Origin: Dehalococcoidia bacterium
GTDB lineage: Bacteria; Chloroflexota; Dehalococcoidia; UBA6926
Reading direction: 5' to 3'
Length of the DNA: 64,000 bases
Assembly: GCA_965207895.1 (NCBI GenBank)
Contig: CBDBNN010000003.1
Coordinates: forward strand, 451,755 to 515,754
Part shown: positions 10,066 through 20,080 of the stretch, in pieces
Layout: each line of letters begins with the position of its first letter
Position numbering within the stretch: the first letter of the stretch is position 1
Position numbers and translations under genes: made by a program
The notes under the pieces: generated by a model
What the model was told of the DNA's origin: nothing
Databases searched by the model: none
Seen by the model: the letters and a program-made list of their open reading frames with translations, nothing else

Positions 10066-10077
10066 CGCAGTCTCATT

Positions 10078-11031
10078 CTAACCCAGCGAATCGACGAGCC
10101 GCGCATCCGTCGTCCCCGCCGTCAGCTCTGCCAGGCATTCTGAAAGGTCATCCGCGAGGGGTGACCGGACCACCAACGTTTCGCGGGTGACAGGATGCTC
10201 GAAGGTCAGGGAAAGCGCGTGCAAAAAGAGTCGCGGCACCGGATCACGACTGCCGCGCGCGTAGATGACGTCTCCGGCGACCGGGTGCCGCAGCGACGCG
10301 AAATGCACCCGAATCTGGTGTGGGCGTCCTGTTTGCGGCTTAGCCTCGGTCAGGGTGTAGCCGCCTTTCAGGTGCGCCAGCACGCTGTAGCGGGTTGTAG
10401 CGGGGCGGCCCGACGCCACGACGGCCATTCGTTGCCGATGCCTCGGATCGCGCCCCACTGATGCCTCAATGACGCCCGCCGGCGGTTCCAACAATCCTCG
10501 CAGCAGGGCGACGTACACCTTCTCTACGCTCCGGGACTGGAACTGCCGGGAAAGCGCCGTGTGCGCGGAGTCATTCTTGGCAATCAGCATCACGCCGGAC
10601 GTGTCCTTGTCCAGACGGTGGACGATTCCAGGCCTGTCATCGCCGCCAATCGTGGAAAGTGGACCCTCGCGGCCCAACAGCGCGTTCACTATGGTTCCTG
10701 TTGGGTGGCCGGGTCCGGGATGAACGGCGACGCCGGGCGGCTTGTCGATCGCGAGGATTTCGTCGTCCTCGTACAGCACAGGCAAGGGTGAATCTTCAGC
10801 GGACAGCCCAGCCGCACCGCCGGTTTCTATCTCGCCGATAATCGTGATCTCGTCGCCGGGTTCAATGCCATGCCCACGCTTGCGCGGTGTCACTCCGTTA
10901 ACACTCACGCGCCCATCCTGGATCAGCCGGCCAATCGCGGAACGTGAAACACTGGCGGTGAGCGTAGCAGCCAGATATCGATCGAGCCGCTTCTCCGCTG
11001 TGTCAGGCGGGACGGTCAGACGTGTCTCCAT
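10078..11031 (-). CDS. rluD: RluA-family 23S rRNA pseudouridine synthase (RluD-like)
   Basis: N-terminal S4 domain (RLDRYLA) and catalytic HRLDKDTSGVML motif. Confidence 0.85.
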   Translation of the reverse strand: METRLTVPPDTAEKRLDRYLAATLTASVSRSAIGRLIQDGRVSVNGVTPRKRGHGIEPGDEITIIGEIETGGAAGLSAEDSPLPVLYEDDEILAIDKPPGVAVHPGPGHPTGTIVNALLGREGPLSTIGGDDRPGIVHRLDKDTSGVMLIAKNDSAHTALSRQFQSRSVEKVYVALLRGLLEPPAGVIEASVGRDPRHRQRMAVVASGRPATTRYSVLAHLKGGYTLTEAKPQTGRPHQIRVHFASLRHPVAGDVIYARGSRDPVPRLFLHALSLTFEHPVTRETLVVRSPLADDLSECLAELTAGTTDARLVDSLG

Positions 11032-11695
11032 CCTCGGCCTTCTGCTCTTCCGTTAGCGGCTCGTCACCTGGCGATGTGTCGGTCGATTCCTCACCCGACT
11101 CATTCTCCGAGGAATCCTCTCCCCCTTCGTGGTGGAGGGTTAGGGTGGGGGTGACACTCCCTGCTGCCGCCTCCAGTTCAAGCCTCTTCTCTGATGCCCG
11201 ATTACGTAGCACGTAGAATGCCAATGCGAACAGCCCTATTGTCAGCGCGGAATCAGCCACATTGAATGTCGGAAAATAGTAGTCGCTCCACACCTGCACG
11301 CTGATGAAATCGACGACTGCGCCCCGGATAAGCCGATCCGCCAGATTCCCCAGCGCGCCCCCCAACAAGAGGGCGAGGGAGTAACGCAGCAGTGCGCTTT
11401 CCCGCCCATTTGTCCGGTAATAGAACAGCACGCCCAACACCCCGATGATGCTTACCAGGATCAGGAACTCCGTGTGACCGCGCAGCAGGCCGAACGCGCT
11501 CCCGGTGTTCGTTACATGCGTCAGCCTTATCAGGCCGGAATCCGGAATCGACTCATATAGGCGTAGATTGCTGACGATCAATAGCTTGGCCGCCTGGTCA
11601 GCGATGAAGATGACCATTGTGACCGCGGCGAATGGCAGAAAATGGCTGCCGAATCCCCTCGGCGTGTTTGGACGCGAGCCGCCGTCCTCTACCAC
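11003..11695 (-). CDS. lspA: lipoprotein signal peptidase (signal peptidase II) with acidic C-terminal tail
   Basis: Conserved LspA blocks NTGSAFGLL, FYYR, NLADR and FNVADSA. Overlaps rluD (classic lspA-rluD arrangement). The start may be the internal Met (MVIFIADQ). Confidence 0.85.
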   Translation of the reverse strand: MVEDGGSRPNTPRGFGSHFLPFAAVTMVIFIADQAAKLLIVSNLRLYESIPDSGLIRLTHVTNTGSAFGLLRGHTEFLILVSIIGVLGVLFYYRTNGRESALLRYSLALLLGGALGNLADRLIRGAVVDFISVQVWSDYYFPTFNVADSALTIGLFALAFYVLRNRASEKRLELEAAAGSVTPTLTLHHEGGEDSSENESGEESTDTSPGDEPLTEEQKAEDGDTSDRPA

Positions 11696-12624
11696 CAGAT
11701 CTTGCGCCCCATCTCCGCGTCGATTTCATCAAGCGGGCGTGTCCACAGGCCGGTGGACAGGTATTTCCAGCCTCCGTCCGCGAACAGGCAGACGATGTTG
11801 CCGCTGTCCATCCGCTCCGCCAGCCGCTGCGCGCAAGCCAGCACCGCGCCGGATGAGATGCCTGCGAAGATGCTCTCCGTCTGCAGCAGCTCCCTGGTCT
11901 TTTCGAACGATTCACGTGAGGTGATGATGAACTGGCCGTCCAGAACCGTCGTATCGAGAATTGGTGGAATGAATCCGTCCTCCAGCGACCGCAGCCCCTG
12001 GATGCGCTCCTCCGGGTGCGGGACGACGGCGATGATACGCGCGTCCGGGTTATGCTCCTTCAGGCGCCTTCCAACGCCAGTCAACGTCCCGCCCGTGCCA
12101 AGCCCCGCCACGAATGTATCAACCTCAGGTAGTTGTTGGATAATCTCCTCGCCCGTGCCGTCGTAGTGGGCGCGTGGATTCGCCTCATTGCCGTACTGGT
12201 ACAGCATCACGTACTTGTCCGGCTCTTTTGCGGCCATCCCCTGCGCGACCTCAATCGCCCCATTCGTCCCGTGACGGCCCTCGCTGAACACGACATTCGC
12301 GCCGAACGATTCAATCAGCGCCTGCCGCTCATCCGTCACGTTGTCCGGCAGGACGACAGTGACGCTGTAGCCCTTGTAGCGGGCGACCATTGCGAGAGAG
12401 ACCCCGGTGTTGCCGCTGGAGGGTTCAAGAATGATGCGGCCGTCGCCCAACGTCCCATCTGCCTCTGCGTTCTCCACCATGAGCAGGGCGATGCGATCCT
12501 TGACACTGCCGGTCGGGTTCTGGCCCTCCAGCTTGGCGAAAAGGCGAACGCCCGGCTTGGGTTGAAGCCGTTTCAGTTCAACGAGGGGTGTATTGCCGAT
12601 TGTGTCTAGTATGCTGCCGGTCAT
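11689..12624 (-). CDS. cysK: cysteine synthase (O-acetylserine sulfhydrylase)
   Basis: PLP-lysine motif NPTGSVKDR, glycine-rich loop SSGNTG and GTGGT motif. Confidence 0.9.
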   Translation of the reverse strand: MTGSILDTIGNTPLVELKRLQPKPGVRLFAKLEGQNPTGSVKDRIALLMVENAEADGTLGDGRIILEPSSGNTGVSLAMVARYKGYSVTVVLPDNVTDERQALIESFGANVVFSEGRHGTNGAIEVAQGMAAKEPDKYVMLYQYGNEANPRAHYDGTGEEIIQQLPEVDTFVAGLGTGGTLTGVGRRLKEHNPDARIIAVVPHPEERIQGLRSLEDGFIPPILDTTVLDGQFIITSRESFEKTRELLQTESIFAGISSGAVLACAQRLAERMDSGNIVCLFADGGWKYLSTGLWTRPLDEIDAEMGRKIWW

Positions 12625-12745
12625 GTGTTATCCGTCATTCTCACGAAAGAGGGAATCCATCGGGCACGGATGCGCCCGTTCGACTAGTGTATCGCGTTGG
12701 CAGTGCGCGTATGTAGGGGGCAAGCCCAAGGCGGAGAAGCGGGCG

Positions 12746-12916
12746 TCAGATAGCGATATCTTTCAGATATTCCTTGAGGTTCTTGGTCATGCTGCGCAGA
12801 GAGACTGCCGTAATTGATGCCGAGATGCCACCACCCGCAAGGGGAACTAGTTTGCCAAGTCCTTTCGCGAACGAGGTCTTTGTCAGCCGCACGCCGATCG
12901 TGCGGAAGAGGGCATA
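12746..12916 (-). pseudogene. displaced C-terminal fragment of an EcsC-family gene (56-codon ORF, below the track cutoff)
   Basis: Translation MPSSAPIGVRLTKTSFAKGLGKLVPLAGGGISASITAVSLRSMTKNLKEYLKDIAI resembles the glycine-rich C-terminal segment I recall for EcsC-family proteins. It begins immediately after, and in the same frame as, the recombinase stop codon. The matching N-terminal part is at 31174-31890. Confidence 0.4.
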
Positions 12917-12946
12917 GCGAAGCGGGATATAGAGTGGCGTCGCGGT

Positions 12947-14563
12947 CAGTCGGAGTTTGGCGATGCGATACGCGGCGTTTGAGTCTCTTGTTTGGCAATC
13001 GACACTACATCCTCGGTCGGGATGGCCAAGGTCAGTTCGACGTTGTTGCTCCCGTCGATGGTGGCCCCGTCCAGGAGCAGCCCCAGCGCCTCCTTGCGCT
13101 CCTCGTCGGTCAGGTCGTCAAGCCTGCCGCCGAGCCGGTGTGCCCACTCGACGATGTGCTCGCCCAGCGCCCGCTTCTCCGCCTCGGCCATCTCCCTGGC
13201 TCGGTAGTCGTCCAGCTTCAGCCGGAGCGTCTCCAGCCGTTCAGTGATGAACTTGCGCTGGCGGTCGAGCTGCTTCTCGGTGATCTTCCCCGACACGTAG
13301 AGCCTTATGGCCCGGTCCTCCTCCAACTGCACCTTTTGCAACTCCCGCTCCGCAATGGCGATCTCCTCGACCAGCTCGCCGTTGTCCGCCCGCGAGTCCA
13401 TGGCCTCGATGCCGGCGACGATGACGCCGGGGTTCTCCAGCACCTTCTTGACCTCGCCCCAGACAAGCGCCTCAAGCCGCTCGGCCCTGATGTTGGGACG
13501 CTCCCGGCATTGCACGCCCTCATTCTCCATTCCGTAGCACCGGTAGTAGCGGCGGGGGGTGTCCAGGTCGTAGATGTAAGCCTTGCCCTTTCGCCTGGAG
13601 GTCTGGCGTCTCGTCCCACGGCAGCCCATGAGGTACCCGCACTCGGCGCACCTGACCAGGTGCTGCAAGAGATAGAAGAGCTTGGTGTTGCGGCCCGAAC
13701 GGGTCAGACGCTTCTTCTTGGTCTCCTGCGCCAGGTCCCATATCTCCTCGTCCACCACCGGGGGGAAGGGCACCTCGACCCACTCGTCCTCGGGTCGGTC
13801 GTACCGCCTCATCCCGTTCTCGGTGGCGACGTGGCGGCGCTTGCCGAAATACCAGGTGCCCTTGTATGCCTCGGTGCGTAGGATGCGGGTGACTATGGCG
13901 TCGTACCAGGGACCGACGGCCCTGGGCGTGGGGACGCCCTCGGCATTCAACTGCTTGGCGATGGCCGGAGCGCCCATGTCTTCGCGGACGTACATGCGGA
14001 AGACGCGGCGTACGACCTCGGCCTCCTTCTCCACGATCTCCGGCCTGCGGTTCTCGCTGAGTTCGTAGCCGTAGGGGACGTTGTTGACAGGGATGCGGCC
14101 CTGCTTGGCCGAGCCCCGCTTGCCCATCGAGGCCCTCTCCCGGAAGTTGTCCAGCTCGATCTTGCCGATGGCCGCCATCAGGCCGAAGGTCTTCATGTCG
14201 ATGGCGTCAAGGACAGCTTCCAGTTCTATCTGGTACGCCTCGACGACCTCCATGAGAGCGGCTGCGGGGTACATGCCCCGGCTGAGCCGGTCGGACTTCC
14301 AGCAGACGATGGTGTCGAAACGTCCCTGGCGGGCGTCGGCCAGCATCCGCTGGAACTCCGGGCGGTTCTTGGACCATCCTCTGCCCACCTCCTGGTAGCG
14401 CGCGGTAATGGTCAGTCCCCTGCGCTCGCAGTGGGCCTCCATGTCGCTGATCTGCTCGGAGATGGAGGTCTTGTCCTCCGTGTCCTGGCTCTTGTCCGAG
14501 ACGCGGGCGTAGATGGCCGCCCGTTTCGTTCCCGTCTGCCTATCGGTGGTACTCGTCGCCATG
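12947..14563 (-). CDS. large serine recombinase (phage-type serine integrase)
   Basis: N-terminal resolvase domain with catalytic AAIYARVSDKSQ, a recombinase domain, a Cys-rich zinc-ribbon region (CAECGYL...C...C) and a coiled-coil C-terminus. Start set to ATG MATSTTDRQ with AGGAGG 6 nt upstream. The longer track ORF is read-through. Confidence 0.9.
12991..13010. repeat. left copy of terminal imperfect inverted repeat (candidate att half-site)
   Basis: 16/20 match to the reverse complement of 31288-31307. Confidence 0.4.
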
Positions 14564-14590
14564 TCTGCCTCCTGTCGTGTCCCTGAAATA

Positions 14591-14622
14591 AAGAAGACCC
14601 GCCTCCTGTCGGGAGCGGGTCT
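14591..14622 (-). promoter_or_regulatory. stem-loop followed by a T-tract immediately upstream of the integrase RBS (terminator/attenuator-like)
   Basis: Minus strand reads gacccgctcccgacaggaggcgggtc then cttctttatttc, then the RBS and ATG of the integrase. Confidence 0.35.
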
Positions 14623-14900
14623 GCGAGTAGTACAATCACTTCGCATCACCTGTTCCCGCAGGTGGCGCCACGGCCCGGGGTGTTTGCAGCACCGCCGGGT
14701 CAACTTCTATCTGCCCTCCATTTTACCGCGCTGGGCTGGAGGGAGTCAAAACGCGTCACCGGTCGGTGCTGCCTCCATTTGAATTGCTGACGCCAATCCC
14801 AGATTACCGACTAGACGCCGGTGAACCATGTCAACGGTCTTGGTGGCAGGTATTTCAGCCGAGCCTAGGTGCCGCCAATGGGTTCGGCGGGAACCGTCAT

Positions 14901-15188
14901 TTACCAGATCCGATACCAGCCGGGGCTGACCACGGACATGATCCCCATGACGAGGATTGCAGCCATGGTAAGGACCCCAACGGCCCAGGCCGCCCCCAGG
15001 TCCCCGCTCAATCGCCACGTGGCCAGGAATGTCAAAGCGCCGCCAAGGACAGCCCAGGGGAGGACGCCGCTCTCAATGATCCATATGGCGATCAGAATGG
15101 CAGAGACTAGACCCGCTCCGACGAGCAGATATGCAGCCGCCAAGTTATCGGTCCCAGCGCTGCTTCGGGCTGAACGCCGTCGCCCCAT
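14901..15188 (-). CDS. small two-TM membrane protein
   Basis: Strong RBS AAGGGAGG 7 nt upstream of the ATG. Two hydrophobic helices (LAAAYLLVGAGLVSAILIAIWII, VGVLTMAAILVMGIMSVV). Confidence 0.45.
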   Translation of the reverse strand: MGRRRSARSSAGTDNLAAAYLLVGAGLVSAILIAIWIIESGVLPWAVLGGALTFLATWRLSGDLGAAWAVGVLTMAAILVMGIMSVVSPGWYRIW

Positions 15189-15383
15189 GCCCGTGCCTCC
15201 CTTTTTGAGATAGAATATCAGAGTTTTCTATCGGCACCAAGACCTTCTTGGTCCGAGTTTGGCACCCCTGGTCCACGATAGGGACTTCAAGAACTCCTTC
15301 AGGTCAGTGGAGGAAGCAGCACCTCCGCTGACAGAGGCGGAAAGCCCGTAGACCCTACCCTCCGCTCCTTACGGTGCGTTCGT

Positions 15384-16589
15384 TCACTCCTCCCGGTCGT
15401 TTCCCGAGAGTGCGCCTCGCAGCTCTATCGCCTGCCGCGTCCGGTCGAGTTCCGCGGCTAGGATCGTCTCCTCTGGCAGGGTGATGCGGTACTCCCCGGC
15501 CATGACGTTGTTGGGCAGGCCGTCGAGGGCGTACCGCGCCAACGCCTCGTCCTTCTCGGAGCAGAGGATGAGTCCCACGGGCGGGTTCTCGCCCTCTCGA
15601 ACCCAGTGCTCCCGCGCGTAGTTCAGGTAGAGGTGCATCTGTCCGGCGTCGGCGTGGGTGAACGCCCCGATCTTCAGGTCGATGACCACGAGACACCGCA
15701 GACCACGGTGGTAGAAGAGCAGGTCCACCCTGTACCACCTGTTGCCGATGCGCAGGCGCCTCTGCCTGCCCATGAAGCAGAAGTCGTCCCCCAGCTCCAT
15801 GAGAAAGGTCTCCAGGTGGCGGATGAGCGCGTCTTCAAGATCGCTCTCGGAGTACTCGTCCTTGAGGCCGAGGAACTCCAGGACGAAGGGGTCCTTGATC
15901 TGCTCCTGGGGCAGCACGGCGTCTTCGGCATTGGGCTTCCGTCCCGACGTGAGCATGGCAGCCTTGTTCTTGGACAGGGCGGTGCGCTCGTAGAACTGGG
16001 AGGCGATCTGTCGGTCTAGCTGACGGACCGACCACCCTCCCCTCAGCGCCTCCGTCTCGTAGAACTCGCGGGCCTGCTCGTCCCTGACCGACAGCAGCCT
16101 CACGTAGGCCGACCAGGGCAACGGGAAGGCTGACAGCAGGTCTTCGAAGCCTACGCCGTCCGATGCGGTCATGAATTCTCCCGACGCCGTCGAGAGAATC
16201 CTCTGTCGATGGGATGAAGCCGATTTTCCCGACACTGTCGGGAGAATCCGGTCAGACGGGAACGAGAGGTAGAAGAGACGCATCTTGTAGATGCCCTGGA
16301 GGGAGAAGCCCCGACCGAACCTTCCGGTCAGGTCCTCAGCCAGTCTCTCGATGAGCGCCGCCCCGTACTCGGCCCGCTCCTCTCCCGACTGCTCGAACTC
16401 GACGATGCGACGTCCTATCAGCCAGTACGCGGCGGTCATGGCGGCGTTCACCGACCGAGCGGCAGAGTCTCTGGCCGCGTCGATGATTCTCGACACGTCT
16501 CCGAAGACAGCCTCGTACGGGGCGTCGTGACTGAGGGTTGAACGCCTCAGTGATGGCTGATTGCGGTTGGGGGACATCTCGGATGGCAT
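15384..16589 (-). CDS. DUF1016 (YhcG/RhuM-like) PDDEXK-fold nuclease family protein
   Basis: C-terminal block RVDLLFYHRGLRCLVVIDLKIGAFTHADAGQMHLYLNY matches the restriction-endonuclease-like core of DUF1016 proteins (D...D/E-x-K arrangement: DLLFY ... IDLK). Confidence 0.75.
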   Translation of the reverse strand: MPSEMSPNRNQPSLRRSTLSHDAPYEAVFGDVSRIIDAARDSAARSVNAAMTAAYWLIGRRIVEFEQSGEERAEYGAALIERLAEDLTGRFGRGFSLQGIYKMRLFYLSFPSDRILPTVSGKSASSHRQRILSTASGEFMTASDGVGFEDLLSAFPLPWSAYVRLLSVRDEQAREFYETEALRGGWSVRQLDRQIASQFYERTALSKNKAAMLTSGRKPNAEDAVLPQEQIKDPFVLEFLGLKDEYSESDLEDALIRHLETFLMELGDDFCFMGRQRRLRIGNRWYRVDLLFYHRGLRCLVVIDLKIGAFTHADAGQMHLYLNYAREHWVREGENPPVGLILCSEKDEALARYALDGLPNNVMAGEYRITLPEETILAAELDRTRQAIELRGALSGNDREE

Positions 16590-16813
16590 CAGGCTTCCTC
16601 CTCCAAGTGGTTGTCCACTTGGACGTCCGGGAGCGCGTCCTTCTCGGACTCCGCTTGCCCGTCGCCGGCCGAGGGCCTGAGCAGCAGGGTGAAGAGACGG
16701 AGCAGCCGGTCCTCGGCGTCGGGTGCGGGCCTGGAGATGACCCTCACCTCCCCAAACTCCGAGAAGTCCTCTTCGGGCATCCGTCGCACTTTCGGTCTCC
16801 TCTTGTCGTTCAT
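16589..16813 (-). CDS. small ORF (73 aa, MNDKRRPKVRRMPEEDF...) translationally coupled to the DUF1016 nuclease
   Basis: Its TGA stop overlaps the ATG of the nuclease (TGATG). A diverged paralogous copy at about 18310-18095 lacks a stop, so that copy is decayed. Substitutions between the copies are enriched at third codon positions in this frame. Confidence 0.3.
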   Translation of the reverse strand: MNDKRRPKVRRMPEEDFSEFGEVRVISRPAPDAEDRLLRLFTLLLRPSAGDGQAESEKDALPDVQVDNHLEEEA

Positions 16814-17060
16814 CGTTCTCTTCGCCGGGCTCTCGTGAGCCCGCACCGGGCTGTCAATGTCGGCGGATCGCAGCCCTCGCCAGAGAGTGTGAACAACTCG
16901 AACGCCGAAAAAGACCTCACGCGTGGTGGCGCCACGGAAGGTCGCCAACGAACAAGCCTCTTCGCGCAGTATTGGGGGTGTACAGGAAATGGAGTTTGGT
17001 GACGAAGTGGCCTGAGTCGTGATTTCGTAGCTGAATCAGGGGCAAATCGCCCTCTACAGG
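16596..17060. repeat. copy A of a diverged ~450-bp duplication
   Basis: Aligns by eye to 18096-18560 at roughly 70-80% identity. Both copies end in gtga(t/g)ttcgtagctgaatcagg ... ctctacagg. Confidence 0.6.
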
Positions 17061-18095
17061 AGGTGGTCGGCGAGCAATCTGTTGAAAGGGTGGAGTTCGG
17101 TCGGCAATGACAAAAGCAGGCTTGAGGTGGGGGTGCATGACGCGGCCCAAATCGGCGGCCCGATGACAAAAGCGGCCAAAAGATGCGCTTGAGGTGGGGG
17201 TGCGTTACACCGGGCGAGACATCGCAAGAAACGCGGACCTGGTGGAAGGCAAAGCTGAAACGAGTTTGCGGGGAAGCAGGAAACTGCCATAGAGACGACC
17301 CAACACGGCCTCTAGGACAGCAAAGACCTGGAGCACATGTACCCCATGAGGCCCGGTCAGCTGGCACCACGCGGCGCTTTACGACACGCAGAGAGCGCGG
17401 GGCAGAAGCGAGGTTGCGTCCAGGGTGTGGCGGGCGCTCACGCAGAGGTGGTTGTGGCGGTAGTTGTGGAGCAATACGTTGCCCAAGGTCGCGCTGGAGC
17501 AATATCCGGGGTGGGGGCACGCATGGGGTCTTCTTGGTCTCGCAGATCGGTGATAATGACCTCACTGTTTGGCTTTCTCCAAGGTTTCCGACCACAGAAA
17601 CCTGGGTGCGTGATCCCTGTTGCACGGGCTTCGCCCAAGAGGGAATGCTGGCGATGCGGAGTTTGACGTTGGTCCTCCGCAACCAGCGCGGGCCGGATCG
17701 ACGGAGTTGACGCAGGGGCCTCCGTTTTCGGTCCAGTCCAGCGGGTTGGAGTTTGACGTTGGTCCTCCACTCGAAGGACATCTGCCTGACGTTCGGCGTT
17801 GATCGCTCCCTCCGTTGGGCACCGGTCTGACGGCTGGGGTTGATCGCCTCGCAGTCTGACCAGGGGGACGACGTGTTAGCGCATCGTCCCCGGCAAACTG
17901 GCCAAAGTGCGCCTGTCGCTTTGGCCAGTTCAGCACGTCTGCGGGATGGCTGGAACGCAGCCGCACCGCAGCTTCCGCACGCAGTTGATGGGGTGCGGTC
18001 CTGGCTGAGGGTTGACCGCCTCGCCGGAGACAGATGACGTTCGGATGCCAATGCTAAGTTGGAATTGACCCACCCCGATAGCGGGCGCATTGGGC

Positions 18096-18560
18096 TTCTG
18101 CCTCCAGGTGGTTGTCCACGAGTCGGTGATCCGAGGGCGGGTCCTTCTGGGACTTCCGCCTGCCTCTCCTCGTCCGTGGGCCTGAGCGGCAGGATGAAGA
18201 GGCGGCGCAGCCGGCCCTCGGCGTCGGGGGCAAGCCTGGAGATGACCCTGACCACGCCGCATTCGGAGAATCCCTCCTCGTGTATCCGTTGTCCGCTCCG
18301 TCTGCTCCTGTCGTTCATCACTCTCTTCACCGGGCTCGCGTGAGCCCCAAAAGGGCTATCAATGTCGGTCTGAATGCCATTGAGTCTGGGGAGCCGAGGG
18401 GCGAAAAAACACGGTCCGTGAGGGGGGCGCTCGCGGGATGCTCCCTCACGAGGTCTCCATCCCAAATGGCCGGATGTGATGTACTACCCGTGTACAAGGA
18501 AATGCGCCGGTTGCATAAATGCAAGTCGGTGGTGAGTTCGTAGCTGAATCAGGTTGGAGT
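18096..18560. repeat. copy B of the diverged ~450-bp duplication
   Basis: See copy A. Confidence 0.6.
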
Positions 18561-18775
18561 GGAGGGGTGTGGGGCCGTTGTTGCGAGCACTTCGAGATAA
18601 GGGCGGGTTCACCCGATTTGGGCGGAAGTTGCAGAAATGCAAGTCGGAAAAGCGGAACAGCGGAGCGCATCGCTGCTAAATCGGAGCGAGCGATTTGGGG
18701 AACGAGGCCTAAACCGGGCCGTGATGGCCTCTACAGGACGCCCCTATCGGACATGAACATGAGGAGGTTTGACGC

Positions 18776-19705
18776 ATGAACGAGGCAGAGTTGAACGGCA
18801 CGCGGGTTGAGGAGACCCAGGATGGCGGGAACCAGGACACCGACGTGTTGGACGATGAAACCCTGACGAGCGAAGTCGGGGACGGTGACGACGCGGACAA
18901 GGAGCGGATGCGGCGGCACAGGTTGAGGGGGTTCCTGCGGGAGCTGGTGCGGGAGGAGGGCCGGATGGAGGCTGCGGAACTACTGGGCGTTGCCTACCGC
19001 ACGCTGGTCAAGGCCGAGGAGACCGGCGAGATCACGGGACGCATGGGCGACGCCATCGAACGGCTGTCGAGCGCGGGCGACAGCCCGGAGGTGAAGCGGC
19101 TCAGGGAGTCGGTCGGAATGGTCGAGGAACGCATGGCCGCGTTGGAATCCGGCATGGGGGCGCTGGGGAAGGAGCTCCGGGACGGACTGGACAAGTTGCG
19201 CATTGCGGCGGCCGGCAAGTCCGATGCCGAGGGCGGCGGCGAGGAAGGGACCCAAGCGGAGGACGCGGGTGAGAAGAAGGCGGGCCGGTCGGAGACCGGG
19301 GCCGCACCTCCGGTGGCGGGCCTGCGCCCCAAAAAGCCCTTCAGGGAGCGGCGCAAGGAGCCCGAGGTGGTCACGGTGAAGCCTGCCGACGACGACCGGG
19401 AGGTCTACGGCAAAGCCTGGCCGCTCATCGAGGAGTGGCGCAGCCTGCGGACAGGTCACCCCAATGAAGGCAAGAGCCTGTCGTGGCTCACGACGCATGA
19501 GCGGCTGCTCGTGCTGGAACTGGCGATGCTGGAGGAGCACGGGCTGACCCTGCCGCCGGAGAAGCAGGCGCTCAGGGGGTTCGGGCGCAGTGGCCAGACC
19601 ACCTGGCGGTGGACGGCGCTGGCGGACACGAGGAAGTCCCTGGCAAGGCGGGAACTGCTGCGCTGGGTGCGCCGGGTCCTCACCGTGGGACTGTGGCGGG
19701 AGTAG
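18776..19705 (+). CDS. hypothetical DNA-binding protein with putative HTH and coiled-coil/charged regions
   Basis: Strong RBS GAGGAGG before the ATG. Segment AAELLGVAYRTLVKAEETGEI resembles an HTH. Flanked on both sides by related repeats (gctgctaaa ... cggagcgag(c/t)gatt). Confidence 0.55.
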   Translation: MNEAELNGTRVEETQDGGNQDTDVLDDETLTSEVGDGDDADKERMRRHRLRGFLRELVREEGRMEAAELLGVAYRTLVKAEETGEITGRMGDAIERLSSAGDSPEVKRLRESVGMVEERMAALESGMGALGKELRDGLDKLRIAAAGKSDAEGGGEEGTQAEDAGEKKAGRSETGAAPPVAGLRPKKPFRERRKEPEVVTVKPADDDREVYGKAWPLIEEWRSLRTGHPNEGKSLSWLTTHERLLVLELAMLEEHGLTLPPEKQALRGFGRSGQTTWRWTALADTRKSLARRELLRWVRRVLTVGLWRE

Positions 19706-19931
19706 GCCCCGGAGCCTGCCTTCGGGGCCGGTTTTCGGCGGCTGCTAAAGCGCAGCGACATGGGCGCTAACTCGGAGCGAGTGATTCACGCTGGGTTGAC
19801 CTGAAACCCCTTCCGAAGCCTTCCATTGCCTGTCCGACCAGGCGATAATTGACGCAGTTTCTGGCTTTTCCAGCGTTTCGTGCCGAGAAACCTGGAGGGT
19901 TCCCGTCCCCCGAATCCGGGACCGGCTGCAT

Positions 19932-20080
19932 AGGATCGAGCCTCGCTCTCCGAACAGCCGCCCAGGGGTCAGACCGGAAGGATTGAGCCTCGCTCTCCCG
20001 ATGGTCTCCCCGGAGGGACAAACGCCTTCCCGCTGCGTGAGCCGGTCGAGGGGTCGAGCCGTTGCTCCTCCGATGCCGTC
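19932..20080. repeat. three imperfect ~30-bp direct repeats (iteron-like) upstream of the 4xHTH gene
   Basis: ggatcgagcctcgctctccgaacagccgcc / ggattgagcctcgctctcccgatggtctcc / gggtcgagccgttgctcctccgatgccgtc at about 50-70 bp spacing. Confidence 0.5.

Noticed and set aside
12684-12998. 104-aa minus-strand track ORF downstream of the recombinase
   Set aside because: The alternative frame (12746-12916) gives a far more protein-like translation and continues the EcsC-like C-terminus. This frame is Trp/Arg-rich junk.
12814-13881. 355-aa plus-strand ORF
   Set aside because: Antisense to the well-supported serine recombinase, with junk composition (runs of L, P, G, A and V).
16810-18465. 551-aa minus-strand ORF spanning the repeat region
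   Set aside because: Arg/Pro/Ser/Ala-rich low-complexity translation typical of an open GC-rich frame. It contains the non-coding repeats and has no start context or family resemblance.
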